From assembly GCA_951406725.2 (NCBI GenBank), contig OX597823.1:101866001-101930000 (forward strand): DNA of 64,000 nucleotides. Reading direction: 5' to 3'. The position numbers and the translations under genes are program-made. Below are positions 37,764 to 51,848 of the stretch, piece after piece. Origin of the DNA: Octopus vulgaris. Taxonomy: Eukaryota. The first letter of the stretch is position 1; every line of letters starts with the position of its first letter. The notes beneath the pieces are model-generated. The model saw nothing but the letters and a program-made list of their open reading frames with translations. It was not told where the DNA came from and searched no databases.

Positions 37764-40700
37764 CGATCGATAGTATTCATTGACAGATCGGCTCGTAAGT
37801 TAATTGTTTTTTTTATTGTGATTTTGAAAAAGTTTCGTTTCAATTTTTGCACACGGAGTGTGTAAGACACCCAGCTTTCGTCTGGGTGGGTTTTCCGGAG
37901 GGGATTTTGCTCCTAGGGGCAATTTCAACCGTGTTTATATATAAAATCTTTTGCTTTCATAGCTTGTTTTCACAACAATAACAACAGCAATTCCTTTCAG
38001 ACCTTGTTTCCTCCAGCACCAAGAACTGAAGGAGAGAAACAAAAGACCGCGACCACCAAACGAATTGCCGAAAGCTGCTCAAACGCAGGGACAAATTATG
38101 CAAGCAAATTTCCACCCCTTCCTACTTGCACAATCAAACATCAGACACCAAATACACCGAATTTACCAACTGCAGCCAACAACAACATCACCACCAGCAA
38201 CAACAATAACAAAACAATAACAAATTTCGCCGAGGCGATAAAAGAAAAAAAGACAACAGTATCTTTTACTGCACAACAGATAAAAGATACCAAAGCTTTA
38301 ATAACTAAAGAAAATGGCAAAGTAAAAATAAACATACCACAACAAATACTAGAAAATGAAAAAAAGAAAACTATTATATATAAAATAATCAACAACAAAA
38401 CAAAAAGTCCAGAGAATTCCTATCTGGAATTTCAAAGAATATGTGACCTGGTGGAACAAGTTTGCGCACATACAAGTTGTTTTCCAACTTGAACTGAAGA
38501 GTTAGCAAAACGATTCTCAACGCTAACTCTTCATTCGAATGAACTTACTATGATACCTAGCTACCATGGACAGAGAGTAACTAAGGTCATATTAAACAAT
38601 GTTCCACAAATAGCGGACACTCTATGGCTAACGTCAGCCATATGTGTGGAAATGGACGATTTAAACAAATTACAAACCACGGTCACTGAACACAAAAACT
38701 GGGTGGGAAAAAGAGTAGAAATTTTGCTACACATCAACCAAGATGCCATCAACAAAATACCCACCCAGATATATATATCAGAAGACCACAAGTTGTATGT
38801 GGTTGTCGAAGGCAGAAGACCACGCTGCTACATATGCGGCAGTGAGCAACATCTAAAAAAAAATTGCAAATCTGCTGCAAGAAAACAGCAGCAACAACAA
38901 CAGCAGCCGGAAAAAACAAAAAAAGCCAGCTTTATTACCCACACCACAGTTTGCACGAACAATAAAAGAACCAGTCACAGAAAATCAACAAGAAACAAAC
39001 CTACCCAACCAAACAACACCACCAACAGCACCAAGAACAGAAACATCAACAACAACAACCAAAGAGAAACCAACTCCCAAACCAAGAACATCTACCAAAA
39101 AGACAAGCATCGAAAATGAAGAAATAATTACTACTCCAAATCCCTCCAAAACACACACCCCAAACACCACAACAATACCTACAATCACACAAACACAAAA
39201 TCCCTACACAACACCTCCAAAAACCCATACACCACACCCTAACGCTCACCAACCAACACCACCAACAAAGTCAACACGGTCAAAAATAGACCCCAATACT
39301 TTTCGCCTCCCACTCTCTGATTCCTCTGACATGTCATTAGATGAAGAAGACACAGAGGATTGGCAAATAGCCACAGGGGGAAGAGAAAAAGAGGGAAAAA
39401 AAGAATAGAAAAGCTAACAATCAAAGCAAGAAGATTCACCACTCCCGAAACAAAAACATCCACAGAAAACGAACACATCAACACAAACACACCATCATCA
39501 AACCCCCCAACAATGTTGACAGCCATAAACACAAACAACCACGACCTAATGGAATACATTAGGTCAAACACCAACATAACTGAAAACGACACAAAAACAA
39601 ATAACCACCCACGCACAACACCACCACAACACATTAAAATAATACACGTAACACAGAACACACACAGCACCCTGAAATCTCTCTACCCTGATGCAGTTGG
39701 GAGATTTCAAAAATATTTATCAAAGAAACTTTATAAAAACCTCATGGGAGAAGACTGTGAGGTGAAAAACAAAGGACTTTCGGACAATAAGTAACCTTTT
39801 CTCTCTCTCTTTTTTTCTCATCTTTTCGTGTGTAAAACACAATTTTTGATAGGAACATGCTCAAAATAGGCAGTATAAGTGTACGTGGCTTGGGGTCGCC
39901 TTGGAAACAAGGCTACCTGTTAAACGACATCAAGTCACTAAATCTGCATATCATAGCCATCAGTGAGACCAGACTCCACAGCTCGCCGGCACTCCAGCAC
40001 ATTTTCGGCACACATTTCAACATTTATTTTTCTCCGTGTCTACCGAGAATGGGCGGAGGTGGCACCGCGGTGCTTCTCCGGAAGAGTCTGGACCTCAAAG
40101 TAAGAGCAATTTTCCTAGACCCGGAGGGTAGGCTGGTCGTTCTGGATGTCGATGGCAGCAATGAGTGTGCTTTTCGACCGATAACAGTTTATGCACCGTC
40201 CTTAACAGGCCGAACAATTTTCTTTCGACGTCTAGAGTCTTTCATGGGAACGTCTCGTCCTTTACTTTTAGTGGGGGATTGGAATGCCACCCTGGACATG
40301 CATCTAGACTACGTGGGCAGAGATAGCAATAGGAGGGGATGCAAATGCCTCAAAGACCTGCTCAGACGTTTCCAACTGTCTGACAGGTACCGACTGGACC
40401 ACCCGAATGTGCCAATGTGGACATGGAGTAACCGCATCGGGTCGTCCAGAGTGTACTTAGATAGAGTATTCTGTAGGACAGTAGATAAAAATAGTGTAGG
40501 TTGTCCATAATTTCATATAGTCAGTTACACAGATCACAAGTTTGTGACTTGTACACTTGACTTAGATAAGACACATAGGCAGGGTCCTGGTTACTGGACG
40601 CTGAACGCGTCTTTTACAGCATGACAGGTTTATAGGGACCAGATCAGCACATTAGTTAAGAGAGCGTTGACGGGTACCATCATCAACAACAAATGGTGGT

Positions 40701-43496
40701 ATGCCCTAAAAAAAGCAATTAAAGCAGAATCAGTCAGGTACAGTAAAGCCCTAGCTTTAGACCGAAATAGAATAGAGGGAGACTTAGTTAAGAGTTTAGA
40801 AGAGGCACTTAGAAATGGCATCGCGTCCAACGTACTGGCAGCGAGGTTGGCCCTCGACCAACACCTCAACGCCAAACACGAAGGATGCGTTGTCAGAGCT
40901 AGGATGCGTGCTCTGAAGAACGAAGGAGTTGGAACCGCCCAACGAAGGAGACGCAACGAGGCAACAGAACCACCATCAAATCTCTTACAGATGAAGAGGG
41001 GCGCGAATTGCTCGAGCCTAAAAGGATGTGTGAGGCTTTTCAACAACACTTCACCCAACTGTTTGGGACAAGTGGTGGGTCAGAACGCAGAGTGGACTTT
41101 AGTACCTACCTGCATGCTTTGCCACGACTCTCAGCAAGAGAGGCGGAGTCTTGTGAAAGACATATCACAACTGCGGACGTACAGGATGCGATGGCAGGCT
41201 GCGCCAGAGACAAGTCACCAGGCTTGGATGGTCTGCCCTACGAACTTTATTGTCATATGCCAGACTTGTTTGGAGGCGTCTTGGCAGCTGTCTACTGCAA
41301 CTAGCAGAAAAACGGGAGTATCCCTGCTTTTGTAAAGCGAGGAGCAGTGGCACTGATTAAGAAAGACCCAAACAAGGGGGACGTCATAGATAATTTCAGG
41401 CCCATCACTGTGCTCAACGCAGATTTGAAAATTTTTGCCAAGGTGTTAGCCGAGAGGTTGGCGCTTGTCATCAAGAAACTAGTCGACAAGGCGCAAACAT
41501 GCGCCGTGCCGGGTAGAAGTATTCATGACAACCTCCATCTGATGCGCTACATCATAGACAGGGTAGTCAAGAATCCTGGCATGGGTGGGGCGCTGATCAA
41601 TTTGGATCAATCAAAAGCTTTCGATAGGGTAGACCATCACTACTTGGAGGCTGTCCTTAAAGCGGCTGGTTTCGGTCCAGTTTTCCGCGATTGGATCGCT
41701 GCCTTATACAGCGGCATCCGCTCGGTAGTTCGCGTAAATGGTCATCTATCCAGACCTTTTAACATCATGCGTTCGGTTCGTCAGGGATGCCCCCTCTCAT
41801 CGCTTCTGTATGTATTGACTCTTGAGCCACTACTGCGGAAACTGGCGACGCTGAGGGGCATCCCACGAGAGCTGGGATGCGGGAGGAACGTGTCTGCATA
41901 CGCGGATGACGTCACCGTCATAGTGTCGAGCTACCAGCACATGGAGCTGGTCGGCGAGACACTAAAAGAATACGAAGCGGTAACGGGAGCAAAAATTAAC
42001 CGGGAAAAGTCAGTGGACTTGCGGCTCGGCACCTGGAGAAGCAAGCCCATGCCGTCCAACAGCGTCTCTATTGTGGGACGCTGGACCGACGGACCGGTTA
42101 AATTGCTCGTGGTCTGGTTCGGTCCGGACCTCCAAATGGAGAAGAACTGGGGCGAAATAGCGATTAGGGTGACCGTCTGACCGTCGTGCCTTGTCCCGAC
42201 CCTACCATCACCAAACTGGAACGTATACTCTTCTGCTTCCTGTGGAAGGGAAAAGTTCCGATGGTTAGGCGATCCATTTGCTGTCAACACCCGCTAAATG
42301 GAGGGCTGGGTATGCCGTGGTTGATGATGCGCAGACATGCGCTGAGACTGCGACATCTCCGGCGCTTCATAGACGATGGTGAACAGCTGTGGTCGCCTTT
42401 TGTGCGGCGCGCTTTCCCGCAGCTCGTCTCCCTGGCCGAACTACAGTCATGGACCAAGCAGAGACCGAGGCTAGGCGAATGGCACCGCGAGTGTCGCGTT
42501 GCTCTCAAGCAACTCTGCCGTCCGGGATCGAACTTGTGCGACTCCATCACAACAAAGGCATTCTATAGAGGATTAGTGGAGGGGAGGTGCGACGACGAAC
42601 TCGGGCAGAGTCTGGGCGTCGACGAGGAACACCTGACCCGCCTGTTCAGGACAACTTTCGGCTCGGGACCTATGGACAATCACCAAAGATCCCTGGCCTG
42701 GCAGTGCTATCGAGAAGCATTACCTGTTCGGGATAAGCTCTACAGACACGGTTCCAGACACACTGGACCGACTTGCCCGAGATGCGGTCAGAGCGACGAA
42801 ACCGTTCTGCACGCGCTCGTGCAATGTCCAACCATTTCAGACCTGTGGGCTTATACCGAACGGCTGCTGTCACGTGTGGGTTGAGTCCGCCTATCGGCCG
42901 AGTCTATCGTACATGTTGCTCCGCCCCCTTCCCTCAACCGGGAAGGCAAGGCAGTTTTCATCGTACTGGTGGCCATGGTGAAAGAATGTGTGTGGTGGAC
43001 CCGAGCGAAAGGATTAGAGATAAACACTTACCTCTCTGGCCAATCGCTCATCAACTTTTTCAAGTACCATTTGAAAAGGAAGGTGAAAATGGAGAGGGAG
43101 GTTTTGTCTCGCGAAAAGATGGGTGAATGTTGCAAAGATGGTGCGTGCGAGTGACGAAACCATTTTGAGCATGACCCTGTAAATCGTAAAAAAGAGAGAG
43201 AGAGAGAGAGCATTTTGCTCTCATGTGGCTATTTCCTTCCTGACTGAGGTTCCCGTGGTCTTTTCTGTAGGCTTTTCTTCCCACGGATGAACCCAATCTT
43301 GTTTTATCAATGTTTTTTTTTAAAAAGTGTTTCTGTGATACACGATTCCTTTTTTTTTTTTTTTTTTTTCTCTCTCAATCCCTTTTGATCGAATCTTACA
43401 TTTATTTTCCTTTTTCTTTTCCACCCTCGAAAAGAAAAGCTCTACATTTGTATTTGTCCCCTCTGTATTCAGCCCTATGTGACTAATAAAAGAAAG

Positions 43497-43497
<1 letters not shown>
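37764..43497 (+). mobile_element. Near full-length Tx1-clade (L1 superfamily) non-LTR retrotransposon, inactivated
   Basis: ORF1 fragments with CCHC knuckle CYICGSEQHLKKNC (38004-39794). ORF2 from ATG 39857 has APE motifs (VRGL, ISET, GDWNA, LDRVF, TDHK), RT motifs (LDQSKAFDRV, VRQGCPLS, YADD) and a C-terminal CPRC...HALVQC finger. Pyrimidine-rich 3' UTR with AATAAA. Stops and frameshifts present; flanked by (TATC)n. Confidence 0.93.
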
Positions 43498-43542
<45 letters not shown>

Positions 43543-43543
43543 C

Positions 43544-43648
<105 letters not shown>

Positions 43649-43649
43649 G

Positions 43650-43699
<50 letters not shown>

Positions 43700-43704
43700 G
43701 TCTA

Positions 43705-43743
<39 letters not shown>

Positions 43744-43788
43744 GTCTGTCTGTTTGTCTATCTATCTATCTATTTATCTATCTAGCTA

Positions 43789-43829
<41 letters not shown>

Positions 43830-44887
43830 TTATCTGTCTCTCTGTCCCCCTCTCTCTATCTGTCTGTGCGTCCGTTCTTCCGTCTAACTCTGTTTCTCAG
43901 TATGTTCGACGTGTCTGTGTTCGTGTCGGTCGTTCTCGATATATGACTGGTTATAGTTCACTTGTCAATGAGACCTGTTCGAGCACTCTCCAATCCAGTT
44001 CAGCTTCATTTTCCAAAGAGGCCTGAAGCTAGCCGGAAGCAGAGTGGCATGTTATTGAGGAAATAGTGAACGGCGACGAAAAGACTTTGACAAACTTACT
44101 TGATTGATGGATTGGTTAACTGAATGATTAATCAAACAATCGATTAGTTATGTGGTTCAATAGCTAATTGACGATTAATAAAGAAGTGAAACCCGATCAG
44201 TGCATGTATATGTTTATTATTGGTATAATGACCTTCCCGAGATGATTAAAAGTTCATAATTTGAAAATGTTTTTAACTTAAAAATTAAGAATAAAAATTA
44301 AGACATAAAGCGTGACAGATGACTAGAGATAAGCATATTGTTCGTGTGGTAAGCTACGAAATTCTTACTTTCTCTCGATTTCCTGTAATTCGGACTGCCT
44401 CACGATCCCAATGTTAAAAAGGCCTTTTTAAATAATCAACGCAAAACGACCAAGCGTGACCTATGATGAAACCCATTCTACCCGTGACCATCCGGTCTTT
44501 ATTCAAAAATAGTAGGAAGGGATATGAAAGTAATTTGGCCACTATAAATAGATGAGCAATGTCACTGCCCCTTATATGATGGAATAAAAAAAAAACACAG
44601 AAAAGAAAACATAATGCAAACAAACGAGTATGTGGCTCCGTGAGTAAGAAGTTTCTTTCCCAACCGTGTGGTCTTGAGTTCAGTCCTACTGTGCGACACT
44701 TTGGGCAAATACCGTTTACTGAAGCCTCGAATCGACCAAAGCTTCATCAGTGGATTTGCTTGACGGAAATTGAAAGAAGCCAGTCTTATCACTTTGAGCT
44801 TGTGCTATGTTTGTCCTCCCACCAGCGTTTGAAAGCCGGCGCTGTTGTGTCTACGTCTCATGTAACTTAGCAGTTCGGTGAAACAAA

Positions 44888-44958
<71 letters not shown>

Positions 44959-44964
44959 TAGTAT

Positions 44965-45200
44965 TAAGCTTTAAAAAGATAAATAAGTTCTGGGATCAAT
45001 TTGTTCGACTAAACCCTTCAAGATGGTGCCCCAGTATGGCTGCAGTCTGTAGCAAATAAAAAAGCAGATTAAAGAAAAAAATAAGCTTTAAAAAGATAAA
45101 TAAGTTCTGGGATCAATTTGTTCGACTAAACCCTTCAAGATGGTGCCCCAGTATGGCTGCAGTCTGTAGCAAATAAAAAAGCAGATTAAAGAAAAAAATA
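44965..45200. repeat. Exact 117-bp tandem duplication
   Basis: The unit starting aagctttaaaaagataaataag occurs at 44966 and 45083 with no visible mismatch. Confidence 0.9.
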
Positions 45201-45305
45201 AACTGTTGTTTGAAGAGGAGAGGGAAGTTGGACGCAGTGAACAAGGAAGCAACAAAATCGCTTCTTCTCACCAAAAATCATTAAGTGGAGTCTAATGAGT
45301 TTCCC

Positions 45306-45362
<57 letters not shown>

Positions 45363-45743
45363 GCAGCGAATTTTTCGACTAATTACTTCAATTAAAAAAA
45401 TTATTTGGAGAAATAATGCACGGCACGATGACATTTCGTAATTGTTCTTATTGTCCCAGCAACCTATAATAATAGTTGGCATTATACATGTGTGTGTGTG
45501 TGTGTGTGTGTGTGAAGGTGACGAGGTGGCAAAATCGTTAGCACGCCGGATAAAATGCTTAGCGACATTTCGTCCCTCTTAACATTCTCTGGTTCGAATA
45601 CCACTGTGGTCGACTTAGCCTTTCATTCTTTTGGGACTCGATAAAATAAATACCAGTTGAACAATGGGGTTGATTTAATCGACTTAATAGCTTCCCCCGA
45701 AAATTGCTGGTCTTGTAACAAAATTTGAAACCACTAAACATGT

Positions 45744-45796
<53 letters not shown>

Positions 45797-46636
45797 CGCG
45801 ATGTATGTTGTGCGTGTATATATGAATATATGTACTCGTATGATTTTATATATATATATATATATATGAATAAATAAATGGAGTTTAACGCAAGTGTAAT
45901 CAAATATTTTTACTTTCGACACATGTTTCGAAAATTCCACTGATACTATTCAAAAGAATAAATGGTATAAACAATGCAATCTTCTCCTCAGGAAAGTGAA
46001 ATAAACGAAACTCGTCAATAAGACATTTTAGCAAAAAATGATGGATTTGTATAGCGATTGACAGAACGCTATTAATATTGTTTAAAAAAACGTTATATGA
46101 TATAACGTCATAAGTAGCTAACAGAAACAGTAGGGATATTAATAGTGAATGTTAAATATAAAGGAAATTAAAGTTTAAATTATATATAATGATAGAGACT
46201 ACTTATACGCACTAAATGTATGTTTTTGCCAATGCTTACATCTGTATGCTCGCTCTATAACCGTGTTTACTAGAGTATTTTTAGAAAAAATAATGAAAAT
46301 TAGCTCAGAATTGCAGAGAAGACAGAATTTCTTGCCTTTTTGCTGCCCTGGTAACTATTTATTTTTTTTTTCCGTGTTAATTGTTAACAAGGTAAAAATA
46401 CACTCATCTATTTATATATATATATATATATCCTTGTATTGGTTTTAATTTGAAATACACACACATATTTAAACTTACATACTAGTGTATGTACTTTCAT
46501 ATACGTCTTGTTTTAGAGGCCCCCTTAAGTGCATGTGAAATCGTACGGGTACCAATGTAGCATACACCATGTCTTGGGCTCTGTTAGAGCTATAGAGCTT
46601 CTCTTCTTCCAGGTTTGTCTACAAACAAGGAGAGAA

Positions 46637-46675
<39 letters not shown>

Positions 46676-46948
46676 GACAGAAAGATAGACAGATAGACGG
46701 CTAGACAGACAGACAAAGAAGGAGAATTCCATTACAGGGTGTATCTGTAACTTTATTTATCGACTTCGAAAGGATGAAACGCAAAGTTGATCTCGGCAGG
46801 ATTTACACTAAGAATGCAAGGAGCCATTTCGAGTACCGCAATGCAATCTTTCTGAAGCTCTAATGGAGTTGGCTAATGGTTATACATACATACATACATA
46901 CATGTATGTATGTATACTTTCATATATATATACAAAGGTCCATATATA

Positions 46949-46986
<38 letters not shown>

Positions 46987-48617
46987 CAGAACTATACTTT
47001 AACATGTAGGTGCAGATGCACATCCGGTTGTTTGGTTAGGGAGAACACTGCTGTAGTTTCTGATCTTAATTTTGTGGTACTTTTATATATAATCATTTCA
47101 ACGCCCATGAAGTGTATATTCGTAACATTTTGGAGACATGTGAACTTTTGGCAAATAATACTGATACATTGATGAGATCCATAATATTGAGACAAGATCT
47201 TTAGTTGGTCGTCCCTTGCCCGCAAACATGTTTTAAGCATGCACATTTATCTTGTGAAATACATTTTTAATTTCTTGAAATTATTCCTTCTTTTCTTCGA
47301 GGGTCACGATTAGATACCGTTAGGTTTTTGTTTACATTCTCCATGTATTTTCTGCATATGTCAATCATCCTCAGCTTAATTATTTACATCCATGCCTTTG
47401 GCCTACTCCAGTTATTTCCCTTCGATCACTTTATTTCTTTGTTTTAGCAACTTACTAATGTAAACAAAAATCAGTGTACCTCTTTTTTTCTCATGTAAAC
47501 TATCAATTCATGAAAGCAAGCTTAAGCAGAATACATTAAACTGATGTAATCCAATAAGACGGAAACATTGTGCATTTGTGCTCCTCTGTCTACCAACAAA
47601 GACCAAATTTCCTGCTCTGTATATGGATGAATTTTTATCAAGCTTGATCTGAGACCATGTATTGAAACTAAAACAGCTGCAGTGTGAAAAACACATATTA
47701 ACCATTGAAAAACATACGAAAATTGTTAACTTCACTTCGACATTTGGGAGAAGTTAATAGTCTTCGTGAGCTTTTGAATGATTAGTATCCATCTTTCACG
47801 CTGCAATTGTTTTATTAAACTGATTCTCGATTTCTTGAAATCATCACCTCTTGAGGCAATTCTTGAAATAATCTCGATTCCCATCTCCCAAAAATGTATA
47901 CCTTATATCAATGAATATTTTCATATTCTAGCAATCGATCTCACTGATAGCAGCTATATCGATATTGCATTTTCTCATTCCCAACGAACATGACGAACCA
48001 ACTAGTAAGCAACTTGGCTTTCCCTTACAGTTGTTATGTCTGGTCTATTATTTTCTAGCTTCTTATCCATTTGAATGGGAAAATCCCATAAATTTTTGCA
48101 TTTCTCCGACTCCAACACTCTTTCGATCCATTTGAATCACATCATCTACCTTCCGCTTCAAATCCCCATTTCTGACAAGGTTTCCACTGCAAAACTTTCA
48201 CCACTTGGTCATTTCTTACCCTCTCCCTCTGCCAACTTAGAACATTCCGCAACAATATGTGTCACGTTCCAAATTTTACAGACTTCATTTTGCTGACACC
48301 TTCACCCCATACACATATTTTCTCAAGTTGTCTGTTTTATCGCTTAATCTTGAGCTGTATCACGAGGGTTACATCTCTATCATCCACCCAGCCCCACCTT
48401 TTCTTTAAACCTTTGTATGCTATATATATATTCCATCTTTTTCAGTGTATACCGTTTATACTTACTTTTTTTTATCATTTCATTATATGTAAACACCAAC
48501 ATTTTATGTCTGTCTTTGTATAGTCCCCTCATCCTTCATCCTTGTGGCAAATAAATGAAATCATTATTGCTGTTGTTGTTATTATTATTATTATTATTGT
48601 TGTTGTTGTTGTTGTTG

Positions 48618-48675
<58 letters not shown>

Positions 48676-49207
48676 TTATTTATTTATTTATTCTTTTACT
48701 TGTTTCAGTCATTTGACTGTGGCCATGCTGGAGCAACGCCTTTAGTCGAGCAAATCGACCCCAGGACATATTCTTTGTAAGCATAGTACTTATTCTATCG
48801 GTTTCTTGTGCCGAACCGCTAAGTTACGGGGACGTAAACACACCAGCATCGGTTGTCAGCGATGTTGGTGGGGGGGGGGGGGCAAACACAGACACACAAA
48901 GATACACACACACACACACACACACACGAAGCAATATAATGTACTATTGACTATGTATATTTTCATCGAGGTACTAATTTGTGTATGTTTATTATCACAA
49001 TATTGAGTCGAAAAACTGAGACATTGGATGTAGAACACATATATATGTTTACTAATTTATATTATTTACTTATATCATTATGTATATGTTTATTTTTATA
49101 TGTATAAGAGTGTGAGTATATGCACTCATATGTATATGTATATGTTGTATTATGGGTATGCACCCACACCCATGTGGGTATATATGTAGACTGATTTATA
49201 TTACATA

Positions 49208-49334
49208 ATCTCCGAAGAGGCCTTATGATATTTCTGTAAATGTCTCATTTATATCTATATATTGACCTACCATAAAGGGCTAATATTGGTAAAATGAGAC
49301 ATACTTATCTACATGGCCGAAACAGCTGTAAGAT
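49208..49334 (+). ncRNA. Penelope-type hammerhead motif with an extended helix II
   Basis: atct CCGAAGA ggcc [~90 nt] ggcc GAAA cagctg TA agat; palindromic loop III; internal hairpin atgtctcattt/aaatgagacat. Confidence 0.6.
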
Positions 49335-51183
49335 GTAATCTATACTTATATTTATATTTACTTATATTTATATTCTCTTTTATATATATTCTACTTATTA
49401 TACAACATTACTTTTTTATGTACACTTTTTTATGTACATTCCTTTATGTACACTGATTTGTTCTGCTTTTTATATCTAACCCTACAGTCTCTTATGTGGT
49501 GGTTTAATAAAGTATGTGATTGAGTATTATCTGGTAATTGATATTTGATTTAGATGTATTTCTCCATTTTCTTATCTTGTATATATATATATATATATAC
49601 ATACATACATATATACGACGGGCTTCTTTCAGTTTCCGTCTACCAAATCCACTCACAAGGCTTTGGTCGGCCCGAGGCTATAGTAGAAGACACTGGGACC
49701 GAACCCAGAATTATTATTATTTCTTTCCAAGATTGATAATTAAGTACTCGCAATACACTGCTTTCGATTCAATCAACGGTGTACTTACTTCAAACAGGGA
49801 TTGGGCATAACCCTTTATAAATTGTAATAAATAAATAAATAACAAGTTAGATTATTTCCTTCAAAGTTATATTTTCATGAAGACAATAAAGCAAAAATTC
49901 TTTAGAGAATGTTCTAAAGTATCTTAGGATATATGTCAAGTGTCTTGAAACAAATGTTAGTCAGCCACAGGCGGGGAATAAAATTCCAGATATACTTCTG
50001 TATAGGTTTGTAAAATGGAATCCAGTCTAACATTTTTGTGCGTCTTCTCCAGATTTGAATTTTTTCCTCAAGTTGTATCATTAAGTTTACTGATATCACT
50101 TCTCTTTAATATGTTTAGTACGTTAAATGACATTTCCTCTTAACAAACATGAACAGAAAAGAAAATACGAAAGGCCAGCTAAATATACTGTATACTACAC
50201 AGTATAGACGCTGTGAGAATTAACGGAGTCAGTCTGATGGAAACTCTCCAGACCTATCTTGGCTAAAAGAGCGAATGACGTCAACACTATAAAACTGTTG
50301 TCTAGCAAATGCACACGGCGATAAATTTAGAGAAGACCGTGTATTCTGAAGCATAACAAACCCGGTGCTTTGCTGGCATTTTAATTCGTCGACCCTGGCA
50401 GGAGGAAAGGCTTAAGAGATATTGGGAGGATTCGATATCAGAACATACAAGGGATTATTTATCAATATCTTTTTTTTTAATCTTTTATTTGTTTCATTCA
50501 TTAGACGACGGATATGTTGGGGCACCTCCTTGGAAGGTTTAGTCGGACAAACCAGCCCCAGTACTTATGGGTTTTTTTTAAAGTATGATATTTATTCTAT
50601 CACACCTTTTTGCTGAACAGCTAAGTTATGGGGGTCAGCACCCGTTGTCAAGCGATCGTAGGGGTGTCGAATACACACACACACACACACACATGTACGC
50701 ACGCACACACACACACACGCACACATGTACGCACGCACACACACGCACATACAAACTCTCCCCACATGCATGCATATATACGACGGGCCTCCACAAAGCT
50801 TCTGTTTACCGAATTCCGTCCCAGGGCATTAATTAGTTCAGAAGACACTTGCCAAAGGTGACACATGGTGGGAGTGAACCCCAAACCCCATGGTTGCAAA
50901 ACAGCTAGAACATAAAGCCGTAAAAAATGCTTTAAGCATTTTGCCCAGCATGCTAACGACTCTGCCAGCTTGCTATCCTTTATACTGGCGTATAATTAAT
51001 CTTAAAGAAATTCAGTCATCTTCGATAAAACTTTGCAGTGTAACAGAAGGGCTTTTTCAAAATCAATGTTCCTGTTATTGTTGTTGTTTAGGTTCTGGTC
51101 GGCCTTGAAGGATAGGATCTACCATCAAAAGCGCCTCGGCTGTAGCCTTCCCGTAATTTTCCCTGACTATATAACCGGAGATT

Positions 51184-51269
<86 letters not shown>

Positions 51270-51278
51270 GATAGATAT

Positions 51279-51368
<90 letters not shown>

Positions 51369-51788
51369 TCAGACAGTCAGACAGAGAAAGAGAGAGAGAG
51401 TATCTTTTTATTATTAAGGGCGAATTGTAAGTGCTTAATAATATACAGGGGTGCACCTGTACTGAGGGAAACAGCGTCTCCTTTGACTCAGCAACTTTAA
51501 TGTTGTTCTCATCATGGGTATCAACCCAATTTACAGATCGTCTCCTATGTTGAAAATCTACTCAGTAACTGATACCAGTTACCAGATGTTCTGAGATGAT
51601 TTGAAACTTTGTTAATCTGTCAAGGCCAGATAGAAGGAAAACAAAAAAAGATATTTTTGGAATATAATTTTGTTTCGTGAAATAATGTTTAACCCTTCAA
51701 CTGCGAAATTAAATTTCATGGCTATTCTTGTAAAGATGTTAAATATTTACCACAAAGAAAACTGGTTATTTTCTGCAAGTCCCTTTGC

Positions 51789-51848
51789 CTGATTTTTGTT
51801 GAGATGCATCAAGTTTAAGAAAACTTGATGCATCTCAACAAAAATCAG
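51789..51848. repeat. Perfect 28-bp-arm inverted repeat with a 4-nt loop
   Basis: ctgatttttgttgagatgcatcaagttt-aaga-aaacttgatgcatctcaacaaaaatcag. Confidence 0.95.

Noticed and set aside
47000-48500. Possible very old LINE remnant on the minus strand
   Set aside because: The composition is suggestive, but I could not read diagnostic RT or endonuclease motifs by eye.
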